64,000 nucleotides of DNA from an uncultured Gemmataceae bacterium (GCA_963750165.1 CAVVPN010000011.1:192001-256000); one strand, 5' to 3'; counted from the stretch's first letter, positions 21,766 to 32,252 are shown. Notes: a model not told the origin generated them from the letters alone. Program-made: numbers and translations.

Positions 21766-21884
21766 GGTGCCTCCAGAACAAGGGGGTCTTGATCTGGAGG
21801 CAGTATGACTGAAGCGCCGCCGACGAACCAACGACGCTATCTGTCGGTTTGATCGTCGGTGAATCGTCGGCGGCTCGTCCGGCG

Positions 21885-23136
21885 CTAGCGGACGTGCAGG
21901 AGGACGTAAACCTCGCCGCGGCGCTTGGCGACCTCGAAGGGTTGGTTGATCTCGGCCAACTTTCGGTTGGTGCGGTCCTTCACCTTGTCCAGCGCCTCTT
22001 CCTGACCGGACTTGCAGCCATAAATCGCGTGATGAATCTCGGGGATAGGCACCTCGGTCCCTCTCCAGAGCAGCCGAAGCAGTTGGTACTGATTCCGCTG
22101 GAAGTGCTCCCCCACCCAGGACGGTAAGGTAGGCTCGGCAGCGGTCGCAGTTGGTGTGCATTTCTCCGGCGCGGTCCGCGCCGAAAGGGCCTTGCGGAAG
22201 TAGGCGAGCACGTCCCGCAGGTCGGCGATGCACCCCGCCCGGTCCATAGACCCGCGGCTCCACCGGGGCATTCGACAATCCGAGGTGGCGCACGATCAGG
22301 TGGGCATGCGTGACCAGCCCCCGCGGTGTCGGCAGATACCTGGGGCTGTGGTCGGAGTTGGGCGGGAGGTCGCCGCGGTCCTCAATTTTGGCCACATCGA
22401 TTGCGTAGTCGAACCACCGTTCGAGGTGGGGCAGCGTCCAGCCCGTCGAGAACACGTCCATCTCCCAGCCGTCGGGGAGCCAGGTCGCATCGTGCTGGCA
22501 GCCCATCAGCAGACAGCCGGAATGGTCCAGGTCGTGCAGGACTTCATCCCCGCAGCCATTTCTCCACACCACGGCCAGATGTTGGTTTCGCTTGACGTAG
22601 CGTATTTCACCGCGCAGTTCGGCATAGCCGTCCAGAGTCGGCGGCTCCAAGGCGACCACAAGCCGGCCCGTGTGCGGGGCGGGCACCTGGGCCGCTTCCT
22701 CCGTCGTCAGGTCCCGCACGATTTCCCAACCGCCAAATCGTTCGCCCCGGACGTGACGCGCTGGCGTGTCACCGCCGCAATCTGGTTTGGCGGTCCCCGT
22801 GGGGGCGTCCGGCCTCCGGTGTCGGGCCAGTTCGCGCAGTTCGTCCAGCTTGCGGCGGGCGCCGGCGGGCGTCCACACCTGATCGGTGGGCAGGTCGCGC
22901 ACCAGGCCGAGATCACGGGCGTGGGCGTATGCCTTGTTCACCTGGATGCTGGGATAGCAACGGGTGTCCTGCTGCGCATCGAGCCGGTCCAAACTGTCGC
23001 GCGCCTTCTCCAGCCAGTCAAGGAACTGCTCAAGGGTGGTAGGTGCCTCGGCCAGAGGTCCGTCTGTTTTTCCGCGGCTTGAATCCTGTTCTTTCATCTC
23101 GGCCTCCGGGGGTCTTCCGTCAACCGAACCAGCCAT
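21885..23136 (-). CDS. Hypothetical protein with C-terminal winged-helix-like domain (frameshift near 22245)
   Basis: Joined from two ORFs; QYQLLRLLW...EIHHAIY...KDRTNRKL...GEVYVL. Confidence 0.45.
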
Positions 23137-23146
23137 TGTTCCGCCG

Positions 23147-24580
23147 TCACCAGTGCCGCCTCTGCGCGCTCCGCCGGCGTCTCTCCCGCCGGTAGCGCCG
23201 GGGCGCACCGCGGCCTAGCGCCGCGAGTTGATCCCACAAGTCCGGAATCTTGGGGAGAAGAAAAACCGAATCGTCGCCTTTGAGTATTCGGGCGAAATTC
23301 CCCGAAGTGTGGGGGACAGGCTGGCGCCCGGCTGCCAAATCAGCGCGAAGGTGGTGCAACCGCAGCCGAATGTTGTTGAGCAATTGTTCAACCGTGGGTG
23401 GGGCCGGATTCGCTTCCTCGTCGGCAGGATCGAGTGGCCGTTCGCCGAACGCCCGATGTGCCTTTTTGTAATCCTCCAGGCTAACTCCCTCTGGTGGCAT
23501 CTCGTGCCGTGTCAACCCATCAGGCCCGGGGTATGGGGTCCAGAGCACGTCCAGGATGAAAGGCAGCCAGAGGACGAACCGGCGAAGTTCATAGTCGAGG
23601 TATGCCTTCTCCAAATTGTCCGCTACGACCGGGATGTTCCCCTGTGCCCCCAGCACCAGCAGGGCGCAAGCGTACTTCATTGCCGCAGGCGCGGGCCGCT
23701 GTGCCGCTGCTTGCAGCCGCCCAATCAACTGAATTCGCTCGATGATCTGGTCGCACTCTCGCAGCGCGGCACCTAGCGCGACGATCCGTTCGGCCCAGAG
23801 CAGGAAACCATCCGGGCCGGGTTTTCGACCTTGCTCGTTTGCTTCGCTGGGGAACGCGGTAACACGCCCAAAGGCTGCCGCCAACCGTGCGCGGTGGCGG
23901 GCATGCTCCTCCAGCTTCTGCCTGCGTTCCTCTGCGTCACGCCTGGCGTCGGCTTGCTGCTTCTGCCTTGCTTCGGCTTCGGTCAACAGGCTGTCGATGA
24001 CCGAGCAAGGGTCAGACGGGGGCGGGGCGGCAGGCTCGCGCCGCCGAACCGGCGAGCGAACCGCTCGCTCGATGTCGCGGTGAATCCGGCTCAGCCATCC
24101 TGACGGCAGGTACAACGTGGCCAGCAGCGGGGCGGACTCTTCAGTGCAGGCTCGTCGCAAGACCATTTCAAGGTCCGCGGCACTGCAACTGGGGTCCGCC
24201 GCGCGGAGGGCAATGTACCTCGCCAGCCCGGCGCGGCGCCACTCGTCGCTGTCCTTGGGGATGTGCGTAGGCGGTTGCCAGTTGCGGAGTGCGTTCCGTG
24301 CCCGACACCCGCAGGCGCGAACGGCGTCCCCCCAGCGTTTCAACCGCCCCGCCCAGATGGTAAAGTGCTCATCCTCAGTGGGCCTGCGCCCCAGTTCGGG
24401 GCAGGCTTCATGAGCGCTCGGGAATCGCTGGAACCAGGCATCCCTCAAAGAGTCCAGCTGTCGGCGCCGGCCCGTGGTGAGGGCTTCGATCCGCTGCTCT
24501 CGCAGCCGACGTTCGCCAAAATTCGGGTCGGTCAGGATGTCAGCGAGAGGGTCGTTCGGGGGCAAGTCGGAATTCACCAT
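23147..24580 (-). CDS. Hypothetical helical protein, possibly continuous with the downstream ORF
   Basis: Long ORF with normal composition; no recognised motif. Confidence 0.5.
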   Translation of the reverse strand: MVNSDLPPNDPLADILTDPNFGERRLREQRIEALTTGRRRQLDSLRDAWFQRFPSAHEACPELGRRPTEDEHFTIWAGRLKRWGDAVRACGCRARNALRNWQPPTHIPKDSDEWRRAGLARYIALRAADPSCSAADLEMVLRRACTEESAPLLATLYLPSGWLSRIHRDIERAVRSPVRRREPAAPPPSDPCSVIDSLLTEAEARQKQQADARRDAEERRQKLEEHARHRARLAAAFGRVTAFPSEANEQGRKPGPDGFLLWAERIVALGAALRECDQIIERIQLIGRLQAAAQRPAPAAMKYACALLVLGAQGNIPVVADNLEKAYLDYELRRFVLWLPFILDVLWTPYPGPDGLTRHEMPPEGVSLEDYKKAHRAFGERPLDPADEEANPAPPTVEQLLNNIRLRLHHLRADLAAGRQPVPHTSGNFARILKGDDSVFLLPKIPDLWDQLAALGRGAPRRYRRERRRRSAQRRHW

Positions 24581-24979
24581 GACGCACTCACTCAGACGGG
24601 TCGGTTGGCGGAGGCGCGCGGTGAGTGCGACGCGCGACATCCGCCAACCGCATTGAGCCGTCCGCCTGGCCGGGTGGATCGGCTACCCGCCTTTTGGGAG
24701 TATACATGCGATCACAAAATCAAGAAAGGTGGCTTTCGAGAAAAGGCGGTCGATCTGGTGGGCCTGCTGCCCCAACGGGGGTTCCGCCCGACGTGGGGGC
24801 GGGCATGCGGCGTCGAGCGGAGCAGCGTCCACGGTTATTGTCATTGACTGGGCGCCGCGAGCCATAGGATCAGTTCGGGCGGATTTCTGTTTCATCACCT
24901 GCGTCAGGCGGGTAGGATAGCGTCAGTAAGGAGGGGGTGACCTCATGGCAGCCCCTGCTGGGCGGCTGAGGAGGGAGGC

Positions 24980-25035
24980 GATTTCCGGAACGGATTTCAA
25001 GGATTTCCGCTGCCATTATTTCGGCGAGGAGGACA
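24980..25035 (-). repeat. Transposon right TIR matching the end at 28040
   Basis: 25010-25035 is the exact reverse complement of TGTCCTCCTCGCCGAAATAATGGCAG; weaker match extends to about 55 bp. Confidence 0.85.
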
Positions 25036-25036
25036 G

Positions 25037-25596
25037 TGTGCCCCCTACGAAATAATGGCCGTAAACTCGGGCGAAATGCGTTCCGGAATTCGCCCGCCCG
25101 GATACCCCAGGTTCGTTCCCCGGCCATCCTACCCGGGAGCCGGCCGGAAGGAAAGCCAAAATCGCTGCCAGCCGTCCAGGACTCCTGAACGGGTGTTCCT
25201 GCTCGCCAACCGACGGGCGCAGCCGAGTCCCGGGGACACCGCCTGCACCCGGCCCCGGCCTGAGCCGGCGCGGCCGCCCACCAGGACAGGCGAAGGGGCA
25301 GACGAGGCACCGACACCTTCACCGTGGGTGCGCTTCGCCGCAGTGGTGACGCCCGGTCCCGATTTTCCCCTGGACACCGCGCGGCGGGTGGGATACACCA
25401 AGAGCGGTTCACTACGGCACCCCCGGCCTTGACGTGGGCCGCCTGGGTGTCAACCGCCCCCCAGTGGGTGCCAGTGCAGATGACGAGTCGTTCAGCCGTC
25501 ACGTCCGCGTCGGGCGTGACGATCTTCGGTTTTGGAGGGTGGAATTCCGGAACACATTTCAGCCCCAAGCGCGGCCATTATTTCGTAGGGGGCACA
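25037..25596. mobile_element. 560-bp non-autonomous element (MITE) with IS481-like TGT...ACA ends
   Basis: Perfect 25-bp TIR TGTGCCCCCTACGAAATAATGGCCG; inner TTCCGGAATTC motif at both ends; no transposase. Confidence 0.85.
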
Positions 25597-26475
25597 GGAG
25601 ACAGCAACCTGTATAGATATGTGAACAATGATGCGACTATTACCGATCCGTCTGGCTTGCAACCTGATATTCAGTTTTTCAGTCGCGACCAAAAAGGAAA
25701 AGCAGTGGTCAATGCGGGTAATGCGGACGAATTAAAACAAGTCTTCTTACCCGGGACTCTGGTGATCGTGGGCGGTGGGTACAATGATCGTGTTGAGGTC
25801 GATGAAAAAGGCAACAAAATCGCCCGCGAAGGGGATTTGGCAACACTGAAAAGAATTTATAACAACCCCAACGGAGTTCAAAATAACAAGCTTGATCCGG
25901 GTACGAAGGGATTTCAAACGCCTCATACTGGCATGCTCTGGCTAAAGCAGGCAAGTAATGTGCAAGATCTCTCGAACATTATCCTTCAAGCGCTGGCGAA
26001 AAACGGCGGAAAGAAATTCACGCGGATTACTGTCATTGGTCATTGTGGGATTGGAAACCCCGAGAAGGTAAAAATTAATGCGCCTGGAGTAATGTTAACT
26101 GATGCGCGTCTCCAATACCAAAATCGCTACCCTGATCACACAAACCCCAACGTAAAGAAACTCTCGGGTCTCATCAATGACAAAGGAAACCTTGATGCAC
26201 TGAGGAATGCGCTCGATAAAGCGCTCGACCCGAAAGGCGTGTTACAATTCGCTGTTTGTGGCTATGAGAAGAAATTCGACACATACTCTAAAAAGGAAGG
26301 TGAATGGTTTAAGGACCTCCAGGGGTTGGCGAACGTGCTTAATCGTGTCGTTGTGCATCCGAATCAACTGATGCATTTGGAACAGAATGGTGTGACTTAC
26401 GAGCCGGGCGAAGATAAAGCGGCGGGGGTCACGAAAGAATCATTTATTTGGCGGATTGCTGAACCCAAAAAATGA
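25597..26475 (+). pseudogene. Orphan Rhs C-terminus with putative toxin domain (5' truncated)
   Basis: NLYRYVNNDATITDPSGL Rhs core-end motif followed by a 271-aa AT-richer extension. Confidence 0.8.
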
Positions 26476-26529
26476 CCTGGGCTTCCGCGCCGGAGTGAGC
26501 AAATAACTTTCCGACACCCTGAGACACAC

Positions 26530-27705
26530 ATGCGTTACATCATTATCAGCATGGCAACCGTGCTTAGCATGAATGCAGGTTTGTGCTGCATTTTTCAAAG
26601 CAATGCCGATTCCGATCAGAAACCACAAAACCAAGTAGATCGACAAAAGGCTCCCCCAAAGGGGCGAGCGGATCAGGAAAAGATCCCGCCGAAAGAACCA
26701 TCAGATATGGTTCTGAAAAAACTTGGGTTTTGGGTGGTTGGGAACCCGGTGACCGCCGTCAGTCATGCGGAAAGCACTGTTGGCGACGCCGCACTCGCAC
26801 ACCTCGCGGCATTCCCCAGGCTCAGGACTTTGTCGCTAGATACCATGTGGAACATCACTAGCAACGGTCTGAAATATCTGGAGAATTGCAACAGATTGCG
26901 AGAGTTGCGCTTAGAACATATGAAGAAAATCGACGACGAGGGCATGAAATACGTTGCCCGATTGACGAAACTTCGAGAATTGAGCCTTTGGGAAACCTCC
27001 GTCGGCGATGAGGGAGTGAAAAGACTGAGCCGCTTGGTGGAACTGGAATCCCTTAATCTTGGCTGGACGAAAGTCACCGACGAGGGCTTGACCCAGTTGG
27101 CCAATTGCATCAAACTAAAAGAAGTGAGTTTGCCCGGAACGGGCATCACAGACCGTTGCATGCCTACCATCAACCGCTGGATAAACTTGGAGTCCCTTTC
27201 CATCTACAAAACCAACATTACGGACGACGGCTTGTTGGAGTTGAAGGATATGAAAAGGATTTATTTCCTTTGGATTCCCTCGTCGGTAGGAGATCGTGGT
27301 TTTCAACATCTTTGCGAATTCTCGTCTTTGCGTATCCTTACAGCGGACGGCACTCGGATCACGAACCAAGGGTTGATACACCTAAGGAAACTGCCGAAAC
27401 TTGAACAGTTGTCCTTAGGCAAAACGCCCATTGATGGAAACGGTTTGAGGCACCTCGCTAATTGTTTGAGACTGCGCAAATTAAACTTGTCCGGGACGAA
27501 GATCACGGATGTTTCTTTGTCGCATTTGAAGCCCCTTACGAGTCTCGAATCCCTCGATCTCAATGACACTAATATTTCTGATGAAGGGTTGGCTCATCTC
27601 GAGCAGTTGCACAATTTGAAAGAACTCTGGTTTCAACATAGGAAGATTTCAGAGAAAACGGTCCAGAAGTTAACAAAAAAGTTGCCGGGGCTGTTGATTC
27701 ACTAG
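26530..27705 (+). CDS. Leucine-rich-repeat protein, candidate immunity partner
   Basis: About 24-aa repeats LxxLxLxxTxITDxGLxxL; hydrophobic N-terminus; directly after Rhs-CT. Confidence 0.85.
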   Translation: MRYIIISMATVLSMNAGLCCIFQSNADSDQKPQNQVDRQKAPPKGRADQEKIPPKEPSDMVLKKLGFWVVGNPVTAVSHAESTVGDAALAHLAAFPRLRTLSLDTMWNITSNGLKYLENCNRLRELRLEHMKKIDDEGMKYVARLTKLRELSLWETSVGDEGVKRLSRLVELESLNLGWTKVTDEGLTQLANCIKLKEVSLPGTGITDRCMPTINRWINLESLSIYKTNITDDGLLELKDMKRIYFLWIPSSVGDRGFQHLCEFSSLRILTADGTRITNQGLIHLRKLPKLEQLSLGKTPIDGNGLRHLANCLRLRKLNLSGTKITDVSLSHLKPLTSLESLDLNDTNISDEGLAHLEQLHNLKELWFQHRKISEKTVQKLTKKLPGLLIH

Positions 27706-27708
27706 TCC

Positions 27709-28039
27709 GTAAGCGCCCGGCCAATCACGTCGAGCCGTGCCAAAAGCAAACGGCGTCCACCCGCGGAACCCTGAGAGCCGCAGGTTGACGCCGTTGTTGG
27801 TTTGCTCTGTCTCTTCTCAGCCTGCCCAGGCTTCCCCGCTAGGTGACTCTCGGCCTCGCCGTAAGAGCCAGCGATCTGGCAGCCAGTCCTGTAATTGCTC
27901 TGCCGTTGGCCCGTCCCCCAGCGCGAACAGCCCCGGCAACGCCTCCCGCAGGTAACCAAACGGGTCGACGCCCAGATGCTTGCACGTCGCCACCAGCGTG
28001 TACAGCACCGCCGCCGTCTGACCCCCGGCCTCACTGCCG
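27709..28039 (-). pseudogene. IS66 remnant: terminal repeat and TnpC C-terminus
   Basis: End GTAAGCG at 27709; GSEAGGQTAAVLYTLVATCKHLGVDPFGYLREAL...WLPDRW. Confidence 0.85.
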
Positions 28040-28095
28040 TGTCCTCCTCGCCGAAATAATGGCAGTCTGATCGCTGGAAATGGGTGCCGGAATTC
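28040..28095 (+). repeat. Transposon left TIR
   Basis: TGTCCTCCTCGCCGAAATAATGGCAG precisely at the IS66 breakpoint. Confidence 0.85.
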
Positions 28096-28137
28096 GGCCC
28101 TCCCCTTCGCGGGTCCCCCCGCACGAAAGGAGGGCGC

Positions 28138-29597
28138 ATGTCCGCCCCGTCCCCCACCCCCGACCCGGCCGCGGTAGTGCCGCGGCCCGCCCCTCAGGCC
28201 CCCGACTCCGGCCCGCCAGTGCCGCCGGCCGACGTTGCCCCGCCCGACGAACCGCCCCGCGAGCGGCCCCGCCTGCAGCAGCCCGCCCGCGGCCGGCGCC
28301 TCGCCCGGCCCCCCGACACCCCCGCCGCGCCCCTGACCGCCGCCCAGCGCCTGCTCGTCCTCGACGCCTGGCGCCGCAGCGGCCTGCCCGCCGGCGACTT
28401 CGCCCCCCTGGTCGGCGTCTCGAAGCATACCCTGTACGCCTGGAAACGCAAGTTCGAGACGGACGGCCCCGCCGGCCTGGACGACAAGGCCCGCGGCGCC
28501 CCCGCCGGCAGCCGCCTGCCCGAGCCCACCCGCCGCGCCATCCTCATGCTCAAGGAGGCCCACCCCGATTGGGGCACCGAGCGCATCGCCGCCCTGCTGC
28601 TCCGCGGCCCCGCCCTGGCCGCCAGCCCCCAGGCCGTCGCCCGCGCCCTGCGCGAGGCCGGCTACGAGCTGGAGGAGGCGCCGACCAGGCCCCACCCCGA
28701 CCACGACCGCCGCTTCGAGCGCGCCGCCCCAACCAGCTGTGGCAGACCGACCTGTTCACCTTCGTCCTGAAGCGCCAGAACCGCCGGGTCTACCTGGTCG
28801 CCTTCCTCGACGACCACAGCCGCTTCCTGGTCGGCTACGGCCTGCACGCCAGCCAGTCCACGCCCCTGGTCCTGGAGGTCTTCCGCGCCGCCGTAGCCGT
28901 CCACGGCGCCCCCGCGGAGGTGCTCACCGACAACGGCAGCCAGTACGTCACCTGGCGCGGCAAGGGCGCCTTCACGAAGGAGCTGGAGAAGCGCGGCGTC
29001 CGCCAGGTGGTGGCCTCGCCGCACCGGCCGCAGACGCTGGGCAAGATCGAGCGCTTCTGGGGCACGCTCTGGCGCGAGTGCCTGGAGGCGGCGGTGTTCG
29101 TGGACCTGGCCGACGCCCGGCAGCGCGTCGGGCTGTTCATCGACCACTACAACTTCCAGCGGCCGCACCAGGGCATCGGCAACCTGGTGCCGGCCGACCG
29201 CTACTTCGGGGCGGCGCCGGAGGTGTTGCGGACGCTGCGGGCGCGGGTGGCGGCCAACGCCCTGGAGCTGGCCCGGCACGGGCTGCCCAGGGCGCCGTTC
29301 TACCTGACGGGGCAGGTGGGGGGCCAGCCGTTCAGCCTGCACGCCGAGGGCGAGCGCGTCATCCTTACGGACGCGGGCGGCGGCCGCCGCGAGGTGGACC
29401 TCGCCGCCCCGCCCGCGCCGGCCCCGGCGGCGCCGGGCGGGCCGCCGGCGGCGCTGCCCGCGCCGGTGTGCCCACAGGGGATCGTGGCGGGGCACCCGGG
29501 GGATGCGGAGGAGCCGCCGGAGCCCGGGGCCTCGCCGCTGGACGGGGGCCTGCGGCGGCTGGACGCGGGGCCGAGCCCGGAAGGGGGTGCGCCATGA
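28138..29597 (+). CDS. IS481-like DDE transposase (frameshift near 28725)
   Basis: Two HTH regions; PNQLWQTD, LDDHSR, TDNGSQY, QTLGKIERF, YNFQRPHQG. Confidence 0.85.
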
Positions 29598-30163
29598 GCC
29601 CCACCCCCTCCCCCCGGCGGCGCGGCCGACCGCCCGCCGGCACGCCCGCGCCGCCCGCGGCGGCACCCGCGCCGGCACCCGCGGCGGACCCGACGCCGTT
29701 CGCGGGAGCCAGCCCGGCGGCCCGGCGACTGGCGGCGACGATCCTGGAGGTGCTGGCCGGCAGTCTGCGGCCCGCGGAGGCCGGCCGGGCGCTGGGGCTG
29801 TCGCTGGCCCGCTACTACCAGCTGGAACTGCGGGCGGTGGCCGGGCTGGTGGCGGCCTGTGAGCCCCGGCGGCGCGGCCACGCCCCGGCCGCCGAGCCCG
29901 CCGACCTGCGCCGCGAGTGTGAGCGGCTGCGCCGGGAGTGCGCCCGGCAGCAGGCCCTGGTCCGCGCCGCCCGGCAGGCGGTCGGCCTGACGCTGCCGGC
30001 GCCGCCCGAGCCGCCCGCCGCCCGCAAGCGGCGCCCCACCGTCCGCGCCCTGAAGATGGCCGCGCTGCTGCAGCCGTTCGGGGACGCCGCCCCCGCCGCC
30101 CCCGCCGAGGCCCCGGCCGAACCGGCGGCCCCGGAGTGCCCGCCCACGCCGGCCCCGCCCTGA
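29594..30163 (+). CDS. Transposon accessory HTH/coiled-coil protein
   Basis: ATGA overlap; ILEVLAG...AGRALGLSLARYYQLE; LRRECERLRRE. Confidence 0.65.
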   Translation: MSPTPSPRRRGRPPAGTPAPPAAAPAPAPAADPTPFAGASPAARRLAATILEVLAGSLRPAEAGRALGLSLARYYQLELRAVAGLVAACEPRRRGHAPAAEPADLRRECERLRRECARQQALVRAARQAVGLTLPAPPEPPAARKRRPTVRALKMAALLQPFGDAAPAAPAEAPAEPAAPECPPTPAPP

Positions 30164-30257
30164 CCGTGCGCCCGGCGGCGTCCCCCGAAGCTAGAGTTGG
30201 CCGGGGCGGGCGGCGGTCGCCTGCCCCGGCATTTGCGTTTTTCTGGAGGGCGGGTCG

Positions 30258-30689
30258 ATGACGCGGGGACGAAGGCCGGAGTGGGACGCGGCGGTGGGGC
30301 GGCTGGAGGGCTCGGCGCTGGCCAAGGCGCGGCTGCTGGCGGTGCTGGACGTGCTGTCAGGAAGGCGGACGGTGGCCCAGGCGGGGCTGCCGCTGGGCCT
30401 GGGCGAGCGGCGGCTGCGGGCGCTGCGCGACCAGGCCCTGGCGGCGGCCCTGGCGGGGCTGGAGCCGCGCCCGGCGGGCCGGCCGGCGCGGGCGCCGGCG
30501 GGGCCGGACGCGCGGGTGGCGGCCCTGGAGGCCGAGGTGCGCGAGCTGCGCATCGGCTTGCGCGCCGCCCAGGTCCGCGAAGAGATCGCCCTGCTGCTGC
30601 CGCGGCTGCGCCGCCGGGGCGGCCGGGCGGCGGGGGCGACGCGGACCCGGCGGGTGCCCGCCGCGAGGAGCGGCGGGTGCAACGGCTGA
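30258..30689 (+). CDS. Transposon accessory HTH/coiled-coil protein
   Basis: GGAGG RBS; VLDVLSGRRTVAQA..LGLGERR; LEAEVRELR. Confidence 0.65.
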   Translation: MTRGRRPEWDAAVGRLEGSALAKARLLAVLDVLSGRRTVAQAGLPLGLGERRLRALRDQALAAALAGLEPRPAGRPARAPAGPDARVAALEAEVRELRIGLRAAQVREEIALLLPRLRRRGGRAAGATRTRRVPAARSGGCNG

Positions 30690-31813
30690 CTGCCCCCGGG
30701 CAACCGCCCGGGGAACCGCGGCGGCGCGGGCCGGCGGGGCAGCGGGCGGCCCGGGAGCGGGAGCGGGCCGTGCGCGCCCGGGCGGTGGCCTTCTGCCGCT
30801 GGGCCGCCCGGCTGGGGCTGACGCGGGCGGAGGCGGCTGCACGCCTGGGGCTGTCCCTGCGGACACTGAGGCGCTGGGAGGCGCGCTGGCGGCGCGACCG
30901 GCTGCGGGCGGCAGCGCAGGGCCGGCCGGCGCAACGCTCCGACCGGGAGTTGCGCAACCGGGCGCTGGCGCTGATTGGGCTGCTGGGCCCGCGGGTGGGG
31001 CTGCCGACGCTGCAGGCGCTGTGCCCCGGGATGGCGCGCCGCGAGGTGGCCGACCTGCTGCGCCGCTACCGCCGGGCGTGGGCGCGGCGGCACCGGCTGC
31101 TGGCCCGGGTGTTGCACTGGCAGCGCCCCGGTACGGTCTGGGCGGTGGACTTCTCGGAGCCGCCGGCGCCGGTGGACGGCCAGTTCGGGCGGCTGCTGGC
31201 GGTGCGCGACCTGGCCAGCGGCTGCCAGCTGCTGTGGCTGCCGGTGGCGGACGAGACGGCTGCAACGGCCGCGGCGGCGCTGGAAGCGTTGTTCCGGGAA
31301 CACGAGGCACCGCTGGCGCTGAAGTCGGATAATGGCTCGGCGTTCGCGTCCGAGGAGTATGAGTCGCTGTTGCGGGCGTGGGAGGTGTGGCCGCTGCCCT
31401 CGCCGCCGCGGCAGCCGCGCTACAACGGCTCTTGTGAGGCCGGCATCGGCTCGATGAAGGCGCGAACGCATCAGCAGGCGGCGCGGGCGGGTCGGCCGGG
31501 GCGGTGGACGTGCGACGACGCCGAGGCGGCCCGGCTGCAGGCCAACGAGACGGCGCGGCCCTGGGGCGTCAACGGGCCGACCCCCGAGGAGGTCTGGCAA
31601 GGACGGCTGCCGGTGCAGGCCGAGAAGCGGGCGGCCTTCGGGGAGTCCGTGCGGCGGCTGGAGCGGGAGGCGCGGGCGGAGTTGGGGCATGGCCCAGACA
31701 CCGTGCTGGACCGCATGACGCAAGCGGCGGTGAACCGGGCGGCGCTGCGGCGGGCGCTGGTGGCGCACGGCCTGCTCCGGTTCACCACGCGGGAGCAGCC
31801 CGGCATGCCGTGA
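30677..31813 (+). CDS. Second DDE (rve-type) transposase
   Basis: HTH AAARLGLSLRTLRRW; WAVDF, KSDNGSAF, YNGSCEAG. Confidence 0.8.
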   Translation: MQRLTAPGQPPGEPRRRGPAGQRAARERERAVRARAVAFCRWAARLGLTRAEAAARLGLSLRTLRRWEARWRRDRLRAAAQGRPAQRSDRELRNRALALIGLLGPRVGLPTLQALCPGMARREVADLLRRYRRAWARRHRLLARVLHWQRPGTVWAVDFSEPPAPVDGQFGRLLAVRDLASGCQLLWLPVADETAATAAAALEALFREHEAPLALKSDNGSAFASEEYESLLRAWEVWPLPSPPRQPRYNGSCEAGIGSMKARTHQQAARAGRPGRWTCDDAEAARLQANETARPWGVNGPTPEEVWQGRLPVQAEKRAAFGESVRRLEREARAELGHGPDTVLDRMTQAAVNRAALRRALVAHGLLRFTTREQPGMP

Positions 31814-31877
31814 GCCGGCGCCCCGGGAAACGGACAGCGGGGCCGGGGGCAAGCGCTGCCCCCGGCCCCGTGCCGTC

Positions 31878-32192
31878 TCAACCCGCCAGGGCGCCGGCGA
31901 CCTCGCCGAACGCCAGGGCGCGGCGGACGCGGTAGGCGGGGATGTCCTGGATGGAGTACCAGAGCCCTTTCCGCGAACGCCGCAGCCAGCGCCGCGGCAC
32001 AGACAGCTCCAGGACCACGACGGATTCAATCCGCCCTCCGTGGCGCCGCACCGTATGAAGTGCGGCCCAGCTACTCTTGTGGGGTGTGTGCAGCCAGACC
32101 ACTTTCAGCCGGCCCTTGCTCTTGGAGCAGAGCAGGCCGCCTTTCAGGATGCTGGGCAAGTTACGGGCGAGCGTCGCATGGCGTAGCCTCAT
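31878..32192 (-). CDS. Small ADP-ribosyltransferase-fold (Tpt1/DarT-like) protein
   Basis: LRHATLARNLPSILKGGL...VVWL...VVLEL...GLWYSIQDIP. Confidence 0.55.
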   Translation of the reverse strand: MRLRHATLARNLPSILKGGLLCSKSKGRLKVVWLHTPHKSSWAALHTVRRHGGRIESVVVLELSVPRRWLRRSRKGLWYSIQDIPAYRVRRALAFGEVAGALAG

Positions 32193-32252
32193 GGGGACCA
32201 CCTTTCGCGCTGGGTGGCAGGGGGTGGGCGTCCCCCTGCCGTGGTCCCGTGG

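Noticed and set aside
25031..25602. Target-site duplication around the MITE
   Set aside because: Flanks GGACAG and GGAGAC do not match.
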